Sequence record: DQ529280.1
Reading direction: 5' to 3' (one strand)
Source of the DNA: Aeromonas phage 25
DNA length: 24,000 bases
Position 1 is the stretch's first letter. Each line of letters opens with the position of its first letter. Made by a program: the position numbers and the translations under genes. Below, in pieces: positions 15,867-24,000 of this stretch. The notes under the pieces were generated by a model. The model saw only the letters and a program-made list of their open reading frames with translations. It searched no databases and was not told where the DNA came from.

Positions 15867-17278
15867 AGAAATTCATTGTAGCGGCAAGTTCGTCAAGATG
15901 TTGTCTTGAGTTATTTCCCTTCGTATTGTCAGCTTGTCTCGGAGAAGGCGTGTTTGGCGTTCCCGGCCTTGATTGTTCTTCTTCTACATCGTACCATCTC
16001 TGGGTTGCCCTTTTTAACACCCATTTTGAATTTGTTAATCCAATTTTTATCTCCATACCGCGATTTTATCTGCTTCATCAATTGGAGACCCATTTGAGCT
16101 AACTCTTCGGTTTCCATCACTGCGAGCATAAAATCGGCAGTTGCTGGTAAGCCAGCAGATTCAGCTACATCAGACATGTCGATGTCGGTCGAATCCCATG
16201 CCGATCGAGTAGTTTGAGCACCAGTCCATAGAACAACTTGATGTTGGACAGCCAGGCCACGCAATTCTTCGGCAATAGCTTTTACCAAAGTATACGAGTT
16301 CTCAGAACCTCCACGAATTCGTGTGGACGCGCAGATACCCAAATAGTCCACAATAACAACATCTGCTTTGAAGTTTTTCTTCAGCTTCAGCTCGTTCAAA
16401 AACGCGTTGAAATGATTGGCATTTGCACCAGAAGTTGGGTATTGCTTGATAATCAAACGACCCATATTTCTGGATTTCAGACGCTCCATCCGAGCTTTAT
16501 ACTCGGCAAAGCTCATGTTGCCATCATCTATTTCGTCAAGCGTAACGTCAAGCAAGTTGGCATCTATACGTTTGGCAACCACGTGCTCAGCCATCTCCAT
16601 TGAGAAATATACGACGTTTTTGCCAGTTTGGAGATAATCTGCGGCTAAAGAGCAAAGGCCTAGAGATTTACCAACGTTGACGCCTGCCATAATAACGTTT
16701 AGAGTGCCAAGTTCTGCACCACCCTTGGTTATTTTATTCAGAACGTTTGAGATGAACGGGACTTTATTCGCTTTGGATTGATAAAGCATATAACGTCGTT
16801 CATAATCTTCAAACCAATCATGCCCGACTGAGCCATCAAACGAAATAGCCAATGCTTCTTTCATCAAATCTTCGATTGCACCAACATCTGGCAATTTCTT
16901 ATTTCGTTCTTCGAATGGTTTGGCTGCATTTTCCTGTATCTCGATTGCCTTAGACAACGCGTTATACATCGCTTGGTCTTTGCAGTAAGATTCAGTTTCT
17001 TTAATTAACCAGGCATGATCTTCTGGTTTAGAAGACAGGCGAGCCAAAACTTCCTTCACACCGTCATGAGTTACTTGATCGATAGATTTTTTGTCAAGCG
17101 CAATTGCAAGTGCAGTTTTGGTTGGGATTGTATTGTACTCATTCACATGTTTTTGAATGAGTTTAAAAATCTCGCGGTAAGGCCCACGGTCGAAATAATC
17201 TTCTTTTATGTACGGGTACGCCGAAATAAAGTACGTATTGTTGAAGAGAAGGTTCTCCAATATTGTTTCTGGCATCAT
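15865..17278 (-). CDS. 41: replicative DNA helicase (T4 gp41-like), frameshifted near its C-terminus
   Basis: ORF 15929-17278 matches gp41 (AGVNVGKSLGLCSLAADYLQTG, SMEMAE, VIVDYLGIC, IKSRYGDKN); the conserved tail RWYDVEEEQ...LDELAATMNF is in the +1 frame of ORF 15865-16056. Confidence 0.93.
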
Positions 17279-18015
17279 GATTTATTCTCCGGCGGAACAA
17301 AGCCTTTTTCGGCAAATTCTTTAACTAGATTTTGTAACTCATTTCGAGTGTAATTATATATCGAATTCGTTGACAGCCAACTAGAAAATTTAACCTTTTT
17401 GAGTTTACCTGATTCAACCCAGAGATTATAGAGATCTTCTTTTTCGCTATTCCATCTCGCGCCGGTGCGCTGATGTGTCAACCCGGTAAAAGCAATTGAC
17501 ATATTACGCTTAGCCTCATCCGATCTTTTAAGACCTTTAAGAGCTAAACTCATTTTAGCTCTAGATTCAGCTGTATGTTTACTACCATACCGAGGATTAT
17601 TTGATCCCCTAGATCTAATTGTTCCAGTGTTGTGGTGCAATTCTCCTCGATAGTTCAGCGTAGCTTCAGCCAAAATACTTTTGAGTTCATCGCAATCAAA
17701 GTCCTTCCTGGTTGATTGGGTTCCTTTCAGGTTCACTATAGCGCTAATGCCGGCCCACGCTTTAGGGTCATTTGTTGCTCTCGCTAATGCCAGATGCGCT
17801 CGGCAATGATCAATATACGACAACTTAGCCTTATTCCACGGGTATATTTCGAATGATTCAAATTCAATGAAGATTGACGTTGGTAAAATATGATGCCATT
17901 CGCCATTGCAATCGTATTTGCCGCATATAGTGAGATACTCGTCTATCGGAGTTTCATCTACGTTATATCTTGTCAAAAGATGTTCTTTAGCGATAACCAG
18001 ATTCGTTTCCACCAC
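17275..18015 (-). mobile_element. HNH homing endonuclease-like ORF with NUMOD3-like repeats
   Basis: EWHHILP...SYIDHCRAHLALA HNH-type motif; NPRYGSKHTAESRAKMSLALKGLKRSDEAKRNMSIAFTG NUMOD3-like repeats; 4-nt overlap with the gene 41 start. GTG start. Confidence 0.8.
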
Positions 18016-18299
18016 GGCTCATTTTCCTCTTTTTGTTTGTCTTCTTTCATAATTTGGTTAATCTGAGCATTCATAGCTTCATGAACAAGTTGATGAATTT
18101 CATCATTTTCATTAACTGCTTTGTAATCTACAGGCAGTTTTCCATCATGTATATGAGCATCAAAAATATAAACAAGGTGTGATTTGCCCGATTTATCGAT
18201 TATCAACAGCTCTTGTTTAACGTTTTCCATAGCATGCTGTATAAGAGCATGAGCGTCATTTAAGTTTTTGGGAGTTTCATCATCAGTGGTAGATGCCAT
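17973..18299 (-). CDS. hypothetical protein
   Basis: 108-aa ORF with promoter upstream; 43-nt overlap with the endonuclease ORF. Confidence 0.7.
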   Translation of the reverse strand: MASTTDDETPKNLNDAHALIQHAMENVKQELLIIDKSGKSHLVYIFDAHIHDGKLPVDYKAVNENDEIHQLVHEAMNAQINQIMKEDKQKEENEPWWKRIWLSLKNIF

Positions 18300-18322
18300 A
18301 AATGTTCCCTTTGTGTGGTGAC

Positions 18323-18350
18323 ATTATATCAACCCTATAAAGATTCTAAA
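18323..18350 (-). promoter_or_regulatory. promoter TTTAGA-16-TATAAT
   Basis: -35 18345-18350, -10 18323-18328. Confidence 0.55.
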
Positions 18351-18378
18351 CATAGCGAGCAATATTATGCTCGCTATG
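18351..18378 (-). terminator. probable terminator hairpin downstream of gene 42 (weak U tract)
   Basis: Perfect 11-bp stem CATAGCGAGCA-(6)-TGCTCGCTATG; followed on the minus strand by TTTAGAATCTTT. Confidence 0.55.
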
Positions 18379-18392
18379 CCTGAAATTGAGAA

Positions 18393-19067
18393 TTATTGAG
18401 CAATATATTGTTCAATGAGGCCAAAATGTCTTTTATACACATGGAGTGAATCAGCACACCAGTAGATATCACCCTTTTCTACCATGATTTCATGGGATTG
18501 AAGAGTATCAACCAGTCTAGACAAAACATAATCCTGCCACGCCCAGTCATTCCGATAACCAAAAATAGCATCATTCGATCTCATATGAACGACTGCATTC
18601 AGTTTTCCATCCCGGATCTGGTATTGGACATTATTGGTGCACATGAAATCAGACATGCCATTTGCATTGTAATCGGTGTGCATAGATGGCCGAGTATAAA
18701 TCATGTTTGCACGGCGGGTATATGGGTTTTCAATTAGATGTTTGACAACATTTGCAAACTGATTTCCATTTTCTTCGCTGAAAATAGCCCAACCATAATT
18801 GGAGTTGATCATACCGTTACAATCTGCAACGGCTTCCCAAATTGCTGGGGTTTTACCTGGAATATCAGCAACATAACGAGATTGACTCAAATACCAAGAC
18901 AACTCTCGCTCAATATAATCGTGATTGAGTTTACCGAAAATTAGATCTTCATCGGCCTTAAACATAACTGGAGCAATTTCGACGGTTTTAACTCCGGATT
19001 TGTCAGTAACAAATTCATTTGATTTGTATTTTGACACCATGATGTCACGAATATCTTGAACAGTCAT
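18393..19067 (-). CDS. 42: deoxycytidylate (dCMP) hydroxymethylase (T4 gp42-like)
   Basis: DKSGVKTVEI, NSNYGWAIFSEENG, MIYTRPSMHTDYNANGMSDFMCTNNVQY, VVHMRSNDAIFGYRNDWAWQDYVL, SLHVYKRHF. Start adjusted to MTVQDIR at 19067. Confidence 0.93.
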   Translation of the reverse strand: MTVQDIRDIMVSKYKSNEFVTDKSGVKTVEIAPVMFKADEDLIFGKLNHDYIERELSWYLSQSRYVADIPGKTPAIWEAVADCNGMINSNYGWAIFSEENGNQFANVVKHLIENPYTRRANMIYTRPSMHTDYNANGMSDFMCTNNVQYQIRDGKLNAVVHMRSNDAIFGYRNDWAWQDYVLSRLVDTLQSHEIMVEKGDIYWCADSLHVYKRHFGLIEQYIAQ

Positions 19068-19086
19068 ATAACGGCATACTATTTCC

Positions 19087-20093
19087 TCAAATATCAAACA
19101 TGTCAAACAAATTATTCCTAAATTCATAATCTGTTTTCGTAGCTTCGCAAATTGAAGCAAGTGGTTTAACGAATGTTTTATCAAAAAGCTTATTTATATC
19201 CATAAACTTCAAAACATCGGCTTCTACGACAGGCGGAATTTGCGTTCCTGACGGCCACGCAAAACACGCTTCATTGAATGGATTGCGATCACGAAGAGGA
19301 ATAACCATTACCTTTTCGCCTTCAACAATCTCTGGAATTGATTGGTCAGTTTTTGCAATCCGGTTATATGCAAGGGCTCCTTTCACATGATATGGAGCTC
19401 CTTTAATTGGATATCCTGCCGAATCCGCGTTTTTGGCGATATTATTCGCAGAAGACACTGCGGCAATCTCTTGATAATCGATCGTTTTGAATTCATTCTT
19501 GAATTGAATGAAATAATTTTGCAAAGAAGATTCACCTTCTTGCAGCAACCGACGAATTGACTCTTTTAGCGATTTTTGACAAGCCAAAGGAGTGGATGAT
19601 CGTTGAGTTTCCAAACCCATGATTTTAAGATGCGGTTCTGCGTATCGAGTGCCTTCCATGTCGTAGACATTTAGTGCATATCTTTTCTTACCAGTCCAAA
19701 ACCCGCCAATCCCATCCGAACCAAGTGGAGCTCCAAATATGGCCTCACGATCCATTAACAACAAATGGTGATCATTATTCATATATTTTTCAAGTTCTTT
19801 ATAGGACTCGTCAATATATGGTTCAAGCCTCTTTTGACCCAAGTTGTCCAAAAAGTCAATCAAGTGATTGGTATCTTTGAATTTTTCAATTCCTACTTTA
19901 TTGACAACTGCTTCCATGTTGAGATACACCGAGTCAGTATCAATATAACACACATAATCAACATTAGTTGTTTTGACGAGATTGTTGATATATTCGTTCA
20001 GTTTACGCTCAATCCACCGAATAGCCAATTGACCGTAAGTTGTAATAGCTTCAGCATTTCGCAAATCGTAGAATCGGAAGAAGTTGTTACCCA
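19087..20093 (-). CDS. 43: DNA polymerase gp43B, exon 2 (palm/thumb part)
   Basis: GNNFFRFYDLRNAEAITTYGQLAIRWI, DTDSVYLN, GFWTGKKRYALNVYDMEG parallels T4 gp43 C-terminal half. Confidence 0.93.
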
Positions 20094-20440
20094 CATGTTA
20101 TTCGCCTAGGGTCGTTAATCCTAGACCGCGGATTATGCTTCACAGCATTAACTCGCAGCTATATGTTGCCATATATGTTTAGACTATATTATATACCTTT
20201 TCGGTATCCCGGCGCTTCCACTCACTTGAGTGTACTCTACTCGGTTCAACATATGTTGCCTTTCGATAGTCGTTGCACCTTCTTGTTAGCCCTGCTTTGG
20301 AGGCTTTGGTGTTATTACTCGACAAACCATTTCTGGTAACACCTTTTACATCGCGTTCATACTAACAAGCTTGGCTCAGGATTGTCTCATTGAGATTTCC
20401 CCTGAGTTCACCGGGTTTAACGTGCGCCTGGGTTAGTTTA
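20094..20440 (-). other. group I intron (no ORF, ~347 nt) in gp43B
   Basis: Exon T | TAAACTAACCC...AACATG | TGGGTAAC; P1 exon GUGCGU with IGS GCGCAC (U.G at splice site), P10 UGGG/CCCA; core ACAATCCTGAGCCAAG, GTGCAACGACTATCGAAAG, TATAATATAGTC. Splicing restores SLYGALGNNFFRFYDL. Confidence 0.92.
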
Positions 20441-20609
20441 ACGCACCATAAAGCGAGTTGATCAAAATTTTGCGATTAAGTTGATTTGTGTTGCGCTTTT
20501 GTTCTTCTTTTTCACAAGACACAATTACTTTTTGAAGTTCGTCATTTGACAGAGTATTCAGGTATTCAAGTTCAGCGTCATTAAAATCACGAAATAATTC
20601 AAGTTCCAT
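20441..20609 (-). CDS. 43: DNA polymerase gp43B, exon 1
   Basis: AAGGATTAACAATG start at 20609; MELELFRDFNDAELEYL...NTNQLNRKILINSLYGA matches the T4 gp43 fingers/catalytic region. Confidence 0.9.
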
Positions 20610-20611
20610 TG

Positions 20612-21418
20612 TTAATCCTTCTTTTGCTTGCATTTATCAAAATGCCAACGTTTCATCGCGTGCGAGACACCTTCTTTCAAACAATGTGGGCATTGTATCA
20701 TAACCCGTGGCAATTTATTCCAACGTGCTTTTGCTGATGCTGATAGCAATTCCTTTGTTTCGCGCGACAATGTAACACCTAGACGTGACATAATAAAACT
20801 CGTGCTGCTTCGGCCACGCTCAGCTTGCTTAAGTCGCATCTCGGGTGTCCATGCGTCAGATAATGCCTTTTTATGTGTTTCTTTAAATTTAATGCCTTTC
20901 AAAACAGAGTCGTTTTGTTCGTAAAATTGTCGTAATGACATTTTGCGTTTTTCTATCGTTTCTGCTGAATCCTTTGAACCAATCCGAGCGGCCGAAGCTT
21001 TTTTGAAATTTTCTATTGACGATTTGCGACAGCGCTCACTAGATTTGCGCGACTCACTGACTGACTTTGAATGTTTCTTTTTATCATTCGCTGAACAATA
21101 ACGCATCCAATTATTATCACCCTTTGTATCAATGTGAGACCAGCCTCCCTTTCCGCCAATAGCCATGTTATACGTTTCGGGCATATCAACAAAATAGGCA
21201 TCAACGATTTCCGATTCAACGAAATATGCTAACTCTTCGCAATCAAATTCCGCTAAAATTTCTCGATCAAAATTTGAAATACCATATTTCGTGATAGCAT
21301 GTCGTATAGCACGGCCACTGCCCATATACGGATCAGTTTCAATGTTATCAGATTTGTGAACGCCGACATAGTATCGGCCGTTCAGCTTGTTTGTTACTTT
21401 ATAAAGATACCACATCAT
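20612..21418 (-). mobile_element. free-standing GIY-YIG homing endonuclease gene with NUMOD3-like repeats
   Basis: WYLYKVTNKLNGRYYVGVHKSDN...YMGSGRAIRHAITKYGISNF; C-terminal repeats and CPHCLKEG...C zinc-like motif. Confidence 0.9.
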
Positions 21419-21425
21419 TTCTCCT

Positions 21426-21449
21426 CGGGGTTATTTTATCATAACCCCG
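21426..21449 (-). repeat. hairpin between gp43A and the endonuclease RBS
   Basis: CGGGGTTAT-GATAAA-ATAACCCCG (9-bp stem) directly before GAGGAG RBS. Confidence 0.7.
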
Positions 21450-21459
21450 TCTTCTGTAA

Positions 21460-22956
21460 TCAATGGTCTGTTTTAATTCCGCGAGAAGCCAGAATTTTCT
21501 TAATTGCTTCCTGATTTCGAATTGCAGCTAGCATCATCTTTTTCTCGGATTTACGTTGGAGAAATACTTTTTCAGTTTCAGTTGGCAGTACCCCGGTGAC
21601 TCCTTTCTTATACATCATACCGTTCGGTGCGCAACTGAATTTATCTGAGGGTTTAGGAGCAACGCCAGATATATAGTCTTCAATCCTTGCAGGAGAAAAC
21701 ATCCCTGCGATCATCTCAGGACTAATGTTCAACAATCTGAGGATAGATGGATACAAAGATGTTAAGTCAAAGCTCATGCCATATCGATACGCACCAGGAA
21801 CAGGTTCTTTTACGTATGCTCCAGGGAAACTTTGCTTTGGACTAGCTTTCATCATTGGAATAACTACATTTTTCTCAACAAGCGAATTGAAAATGATAGA
21901 ATCCCAAACTTTGATAGTTCCTAGTACATCCTCGAAACGAATTTTCGCGTAATAGCAAAGAGACAGAATAAGATCAATAAAGCATCGACGGCCATCGATC
22001 AACAGAATAATATCCGTATCTCGCACGCAGTAATCGACATATCGCTGGTGATCTGCTGCTCGGAACTTATTAATTGGGCCATCATATTCCAATTTGTCTG
22101 CTTTAACTTCACGGTATCCGACATTGCCCAATTTATAGTCAGGCATAACAGTGAAACTGAACTTTTTGAAAACATCCATATAATCCATTAGTGCAACACC
22201 ATGGATACGATAGATCGTTTTTTCACCGTACATATTTGTAATTGTTTTTGAGCTGATCTTGCCGTATGGGCTTAATTGGTTAGCTGCACTTTCACCCAAG
22301 ATGTTGATAATTCGAGTGATAATGTACGGAATATCGAAACCTTCGCTGTTCCAACCAAACACCAAATCAGGGGTAGATGATTTCCATAGTTGAATATAGT
22401 TGAGAAGAAGATCAATTTCAGTGTCGAATGGCATGTAAACGACATTGTCAAGAATATATTTGTCCAAAACAGACTTAGATGGGTCCCAATGGCCTACATC
22501 TTTAACAAGGTCAAAAATGTAATATGTCTTTTTGCCCTCGTGCAAACGCACATGGGAAATCATATCAATTTCATATTTTGCAAATTTGGGATCAGGGAAT
22601 TCTGGAGCTGTTACTTCGATATCGACTACATCAATAATGACATTGTCACGATCAAAATCAATAACTCCGCGATAATTATCGGAGATGTAGGAAATGCAAT
22701 AGTCGTCCATACCCATGGCGTCTTGGCCAATTTCGGCCATTCGTTTCTGCCATTGCTTTGCTTCCCAAATGTTTTCATGCTTCTTCGGTACGCAAAAACG
22801 TCCATAGATGTCTTTGTGCTTTGTCTCTACACCTGGGGCGGCATGATGAAAGAGTGTCGGCTGATAGTTCGTTTTTCGCGATAGTCTTACACCGTCTTTA
22901 ACGTAACGCTCAAAAACGGTATTTCCAATAACTTCGATGTTCGTGTAATGCTGCAT
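21460..22956 (-). CDS. 43: DNA polymerase gp43A (exonuclease and N-terminal polymerase part)
   Basis: DIEVTAPEFPDPKFAKYEID, YMPFDTEIDLLLNYIQLW, FDLTSLYPSILRLLNISPE, APKPSDKFSCAPNGMMY match T4 gp43; ends ...KKILASRGIKTDH. Confidence 0.95.
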   Translation of the reverse strand: MQHYTNIEVIGNTVFERYVKDGVRLSRKTNYQPTLFHHAAPGVETKHKDIYGRFCVPKKHENIWEAKQWQKRMAEIGQDAMGMDDYCISYISDNYRGVIDFDRDNVIIDVVDIEVTAPEFPDPKFAKYEIDMISHVRLHEGKKTYYIFDLVKDVGHWDPSKSVLDKYILDNVVYMPFDTEIDLLLNYIQLWKSSTPDLVFGWNSEGFDIPYIITRIINILGESAANQLSPYGKISSKTITNMYGEKTIYRIHGVALMDYMDVFKKFSFTVMPDYKLGNVGYREVKADKLEYDGPINKFRAADHQRYVDYCVRDTDIILLIDGRRCFIDLILSLCYYAKIRFEDVLGTIKVWDSIIFNSLVEKNVVIPMMKASPKQSFPGAYVKEPVPGAYRYGMSFDLTSLYPSILRLLNISPEMIAGMFSPARIEDYISGVAPKPSDKFSCAPNGMMYKKGVTGVLPTETEKVFLQRKSEKKMMLAAIRNQEAIKKILASRGIKTDH

Positions 22957-22995
22957 AATATATCCTTCTAAATGGCCTCAACAGAGGCCATTTCA

Positions 22996-23352
22996 TTAAC
23001 CAAATTTATACTTCGCGATAAGCTGCCATTCACACTTTTGCTTGTGGCTAATAACTCTAAAATTATTGTGAGTTGACAATTCAATAGGAGTTAGTATTTT
23101 ACACAAATTCCATGACTGAAGCAACGAAGCAATATTATTTCGTCTAGAAATATCTTCTTCGGAAATTGATACTGGTAGACCATCTAGTTTCAGCATTTCC
23201 TTGAAATGAACAATGAAATATTTGCCTTGCTTTTGAAGAATATGGCAGCTTTGATAAAGTTTCTTTTCTTTATTAGAAGCAATGCCAATTCGTGTAAGTG
23301 TTTCAGCAATTTTCAGAAAATCATCAGGATGATTGATATCGATTTGGATCAT
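22996..23352 (-). CDS. regA: RegA translational repressor
   Basis: DDFLKIAETLTRIGIASNKEKKLYQSCHILQKQGKYFIVHFKEMLKLDG matches T4 RegA. Confidence 0.95.
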   Translation of the reverse strand: MIQIDINHPDDFLKIAETLTRIGIASNKEKKLYQSCHILQKQGKYFIVHFKEMLKLDGLPVSISEEDISRRNNIASLLQSWNLCKILTPIELSTHNNFRVISHKQKCEWQLIAKYKFG

Positions 23353-23361
23353 AAGAAAACC

Positions 23362-23934
23362 TTAGAATTTTTTAGCCAACTTAAGCATCTGCGTTTGATC
23401 TTTTGCTGTTTTCGCAACAGTTTTAACAAATGCTGGAGTTACAATAAATTTGTGATTTTTCAGAAAATCATTCAAAGTGTTTCGCCTTTGCATGATTTGC
23501 ATATACATCTTTGCGGTGTGCAAATCAACGTTATTCGCTGCTTGTATAACGGCAATATAAAGCTTTTCATCGATTGATTCATCTAGTTTAGGCCATTTGC
23601 CGTAAATTTTGCCTTTTCTTATAGATGACACCAGGTAATTGTATTGTGCTTGGGCCGGCAATGCTGTCAGAAGATTCATGACGTATGCCGAATATAGCGT
23701 TTCGGCATGCATCGAAAGAGCATTATTGATAAACCATGCCGGGTAATCACTATTTGATACACATTTTTCCGTTTTGTTGTAAGTGATATCATCCAACAAT
23801 GCGAATGCATTGTTTTCGGCAGGTTCTTTGAACATATCAGCTAATGCTGATACGGCATCCCAATCTTTCGATTTCCAAGCAATTTCATGCTCGTTGAGTT
23901 GCTCATCATCACCCATAAGGAAATTCAAATTCAT
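23362..23934 (-). CDS. 62: sliding clamp loader small subunit (T4 gp62-like)
   Basis: DDEQLNEHEIAWKSKDWDAV, KGKIYGKWPKL parallel T4 gp62; start adjusted to MNLNF at 23934 (AAGGAG RBS). Confidence 0.88.
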   Translation of the reverse strand: MNLNFLMGDDEQLNEHEIAWKSKDWDAVSALADMFKEPAENNAFALLDDITYNKTEKCVSNSDYPAWFINNALSMHAETLYSAYVMNLLTALPAQAQYNYLVSSIRKGKIYGKWPKLDESIDEKLYIAVIQAANNVDLHTAKMYMQIMQRRNTLNDFLKNHKFIVTPAFVKTVAKTAKDQTQMLKLAKKF

Positions 23935-23944
23935 ATCGAACTCC

Positions 23945-24000
23945 TTACAGCCAGTTACCATGGAATTCTACGGCAAGCTGAACGAACATATATTGAACAT
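23945..24000 (-). CDS. 44: C-terminal fragment of an upstream gene, probably clamp loader large subunit gene 44
   Basis: Open frame ...VQYMFVQLAVEFHGNWL* running off the window edge; assignment rests on T4 synteny only. Confidence 0.4.
   Translation of the reverse strand, partial: VQYMFVQLAVEFHGNWL

Noticed and set aside
19087-20094. GTG at 20094 as a genuine start codon for the polymerase C-terminal ORF
   Set aside because: The G is the last intron nucleotide; the protein continues from exon 1 after splicing.
20433-20633. 66-aa ORF as an independent gene ending ...SLYGALN*
   Set aside because: The stop is intronic; P1/P10 pairings and the conserved SLYGALG motif show it is exon 1 of gp43B, and the real start is probably 20609.
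109-23577. Numerous plus-strand ORFs of 60-236 aa (e.g. 9538-10167, 11146-11856, 4246-4722)
   Set aside because: All lie antisense to long conserved minus-strand genes, have unlikely compositions and no consistent RBS; treated as shadow ORFs.
1-24000. CRISPR arrays, tRNA or rRNA genes
   Set aside because: No regularly spaced repeats and no cloverleaf or rRNA signatures were noticed by eye; a tRNAscan run would be needed to exclude tRNAs formally.

Overview
The window looks like the DNA-replication and nucleotide-metabolism region of a T4-like (Tevenvirinae/Straboviridae-type) phage, with every credible gene on the minus strand. In transcription order from right to left, recognisable T4 homologues are: gene 44 C-terminal tip (tentative), 62, regA, 43 (DNA polymerase, split), 42, 41, 61, denV, 56, dda, dexA, topoisomerase II large subunit (39/60-like, one ORF) and rIIA. 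These assignments come from remembered family sequences; no search was run. Small hypothetical genes lie between them. The most notable observations are: (1) DNA polymerase split into gp43A and gp43B by a free-standing GIY-YIG endonuclease gene, with a ~347-nt ORF-less group I intron in gp43B whose P1 (U.G) and P10 pairings define the splice sites; (2) gene 41 helicase with its conserved C-terminal tail displaced by a +1 frameshift at a CCC run; (3) a small gene at ~2967-3223 that becomes coherent only after removing three single bases in homopolymers, and that belongs to a family with two intact neighbours; (4) a T4 gene e/49-style arrangement where a 10-nt anti-Shine-Dalgarno arm and a -10/late-like element precede a 24-codon micro-ORF; (5) three promoters whose -10 box lies in the loop of a perfect palindrome; (6) repeated terminator plus TGTACA promoter cassettes; (7) an exported LprI-like protein followed by an overlapping small ORF, possibly a spackle-like exclusion locus; (8) HNH/NUMOD3 and GIY-YIG homing endonucleases next to essential replication genes.
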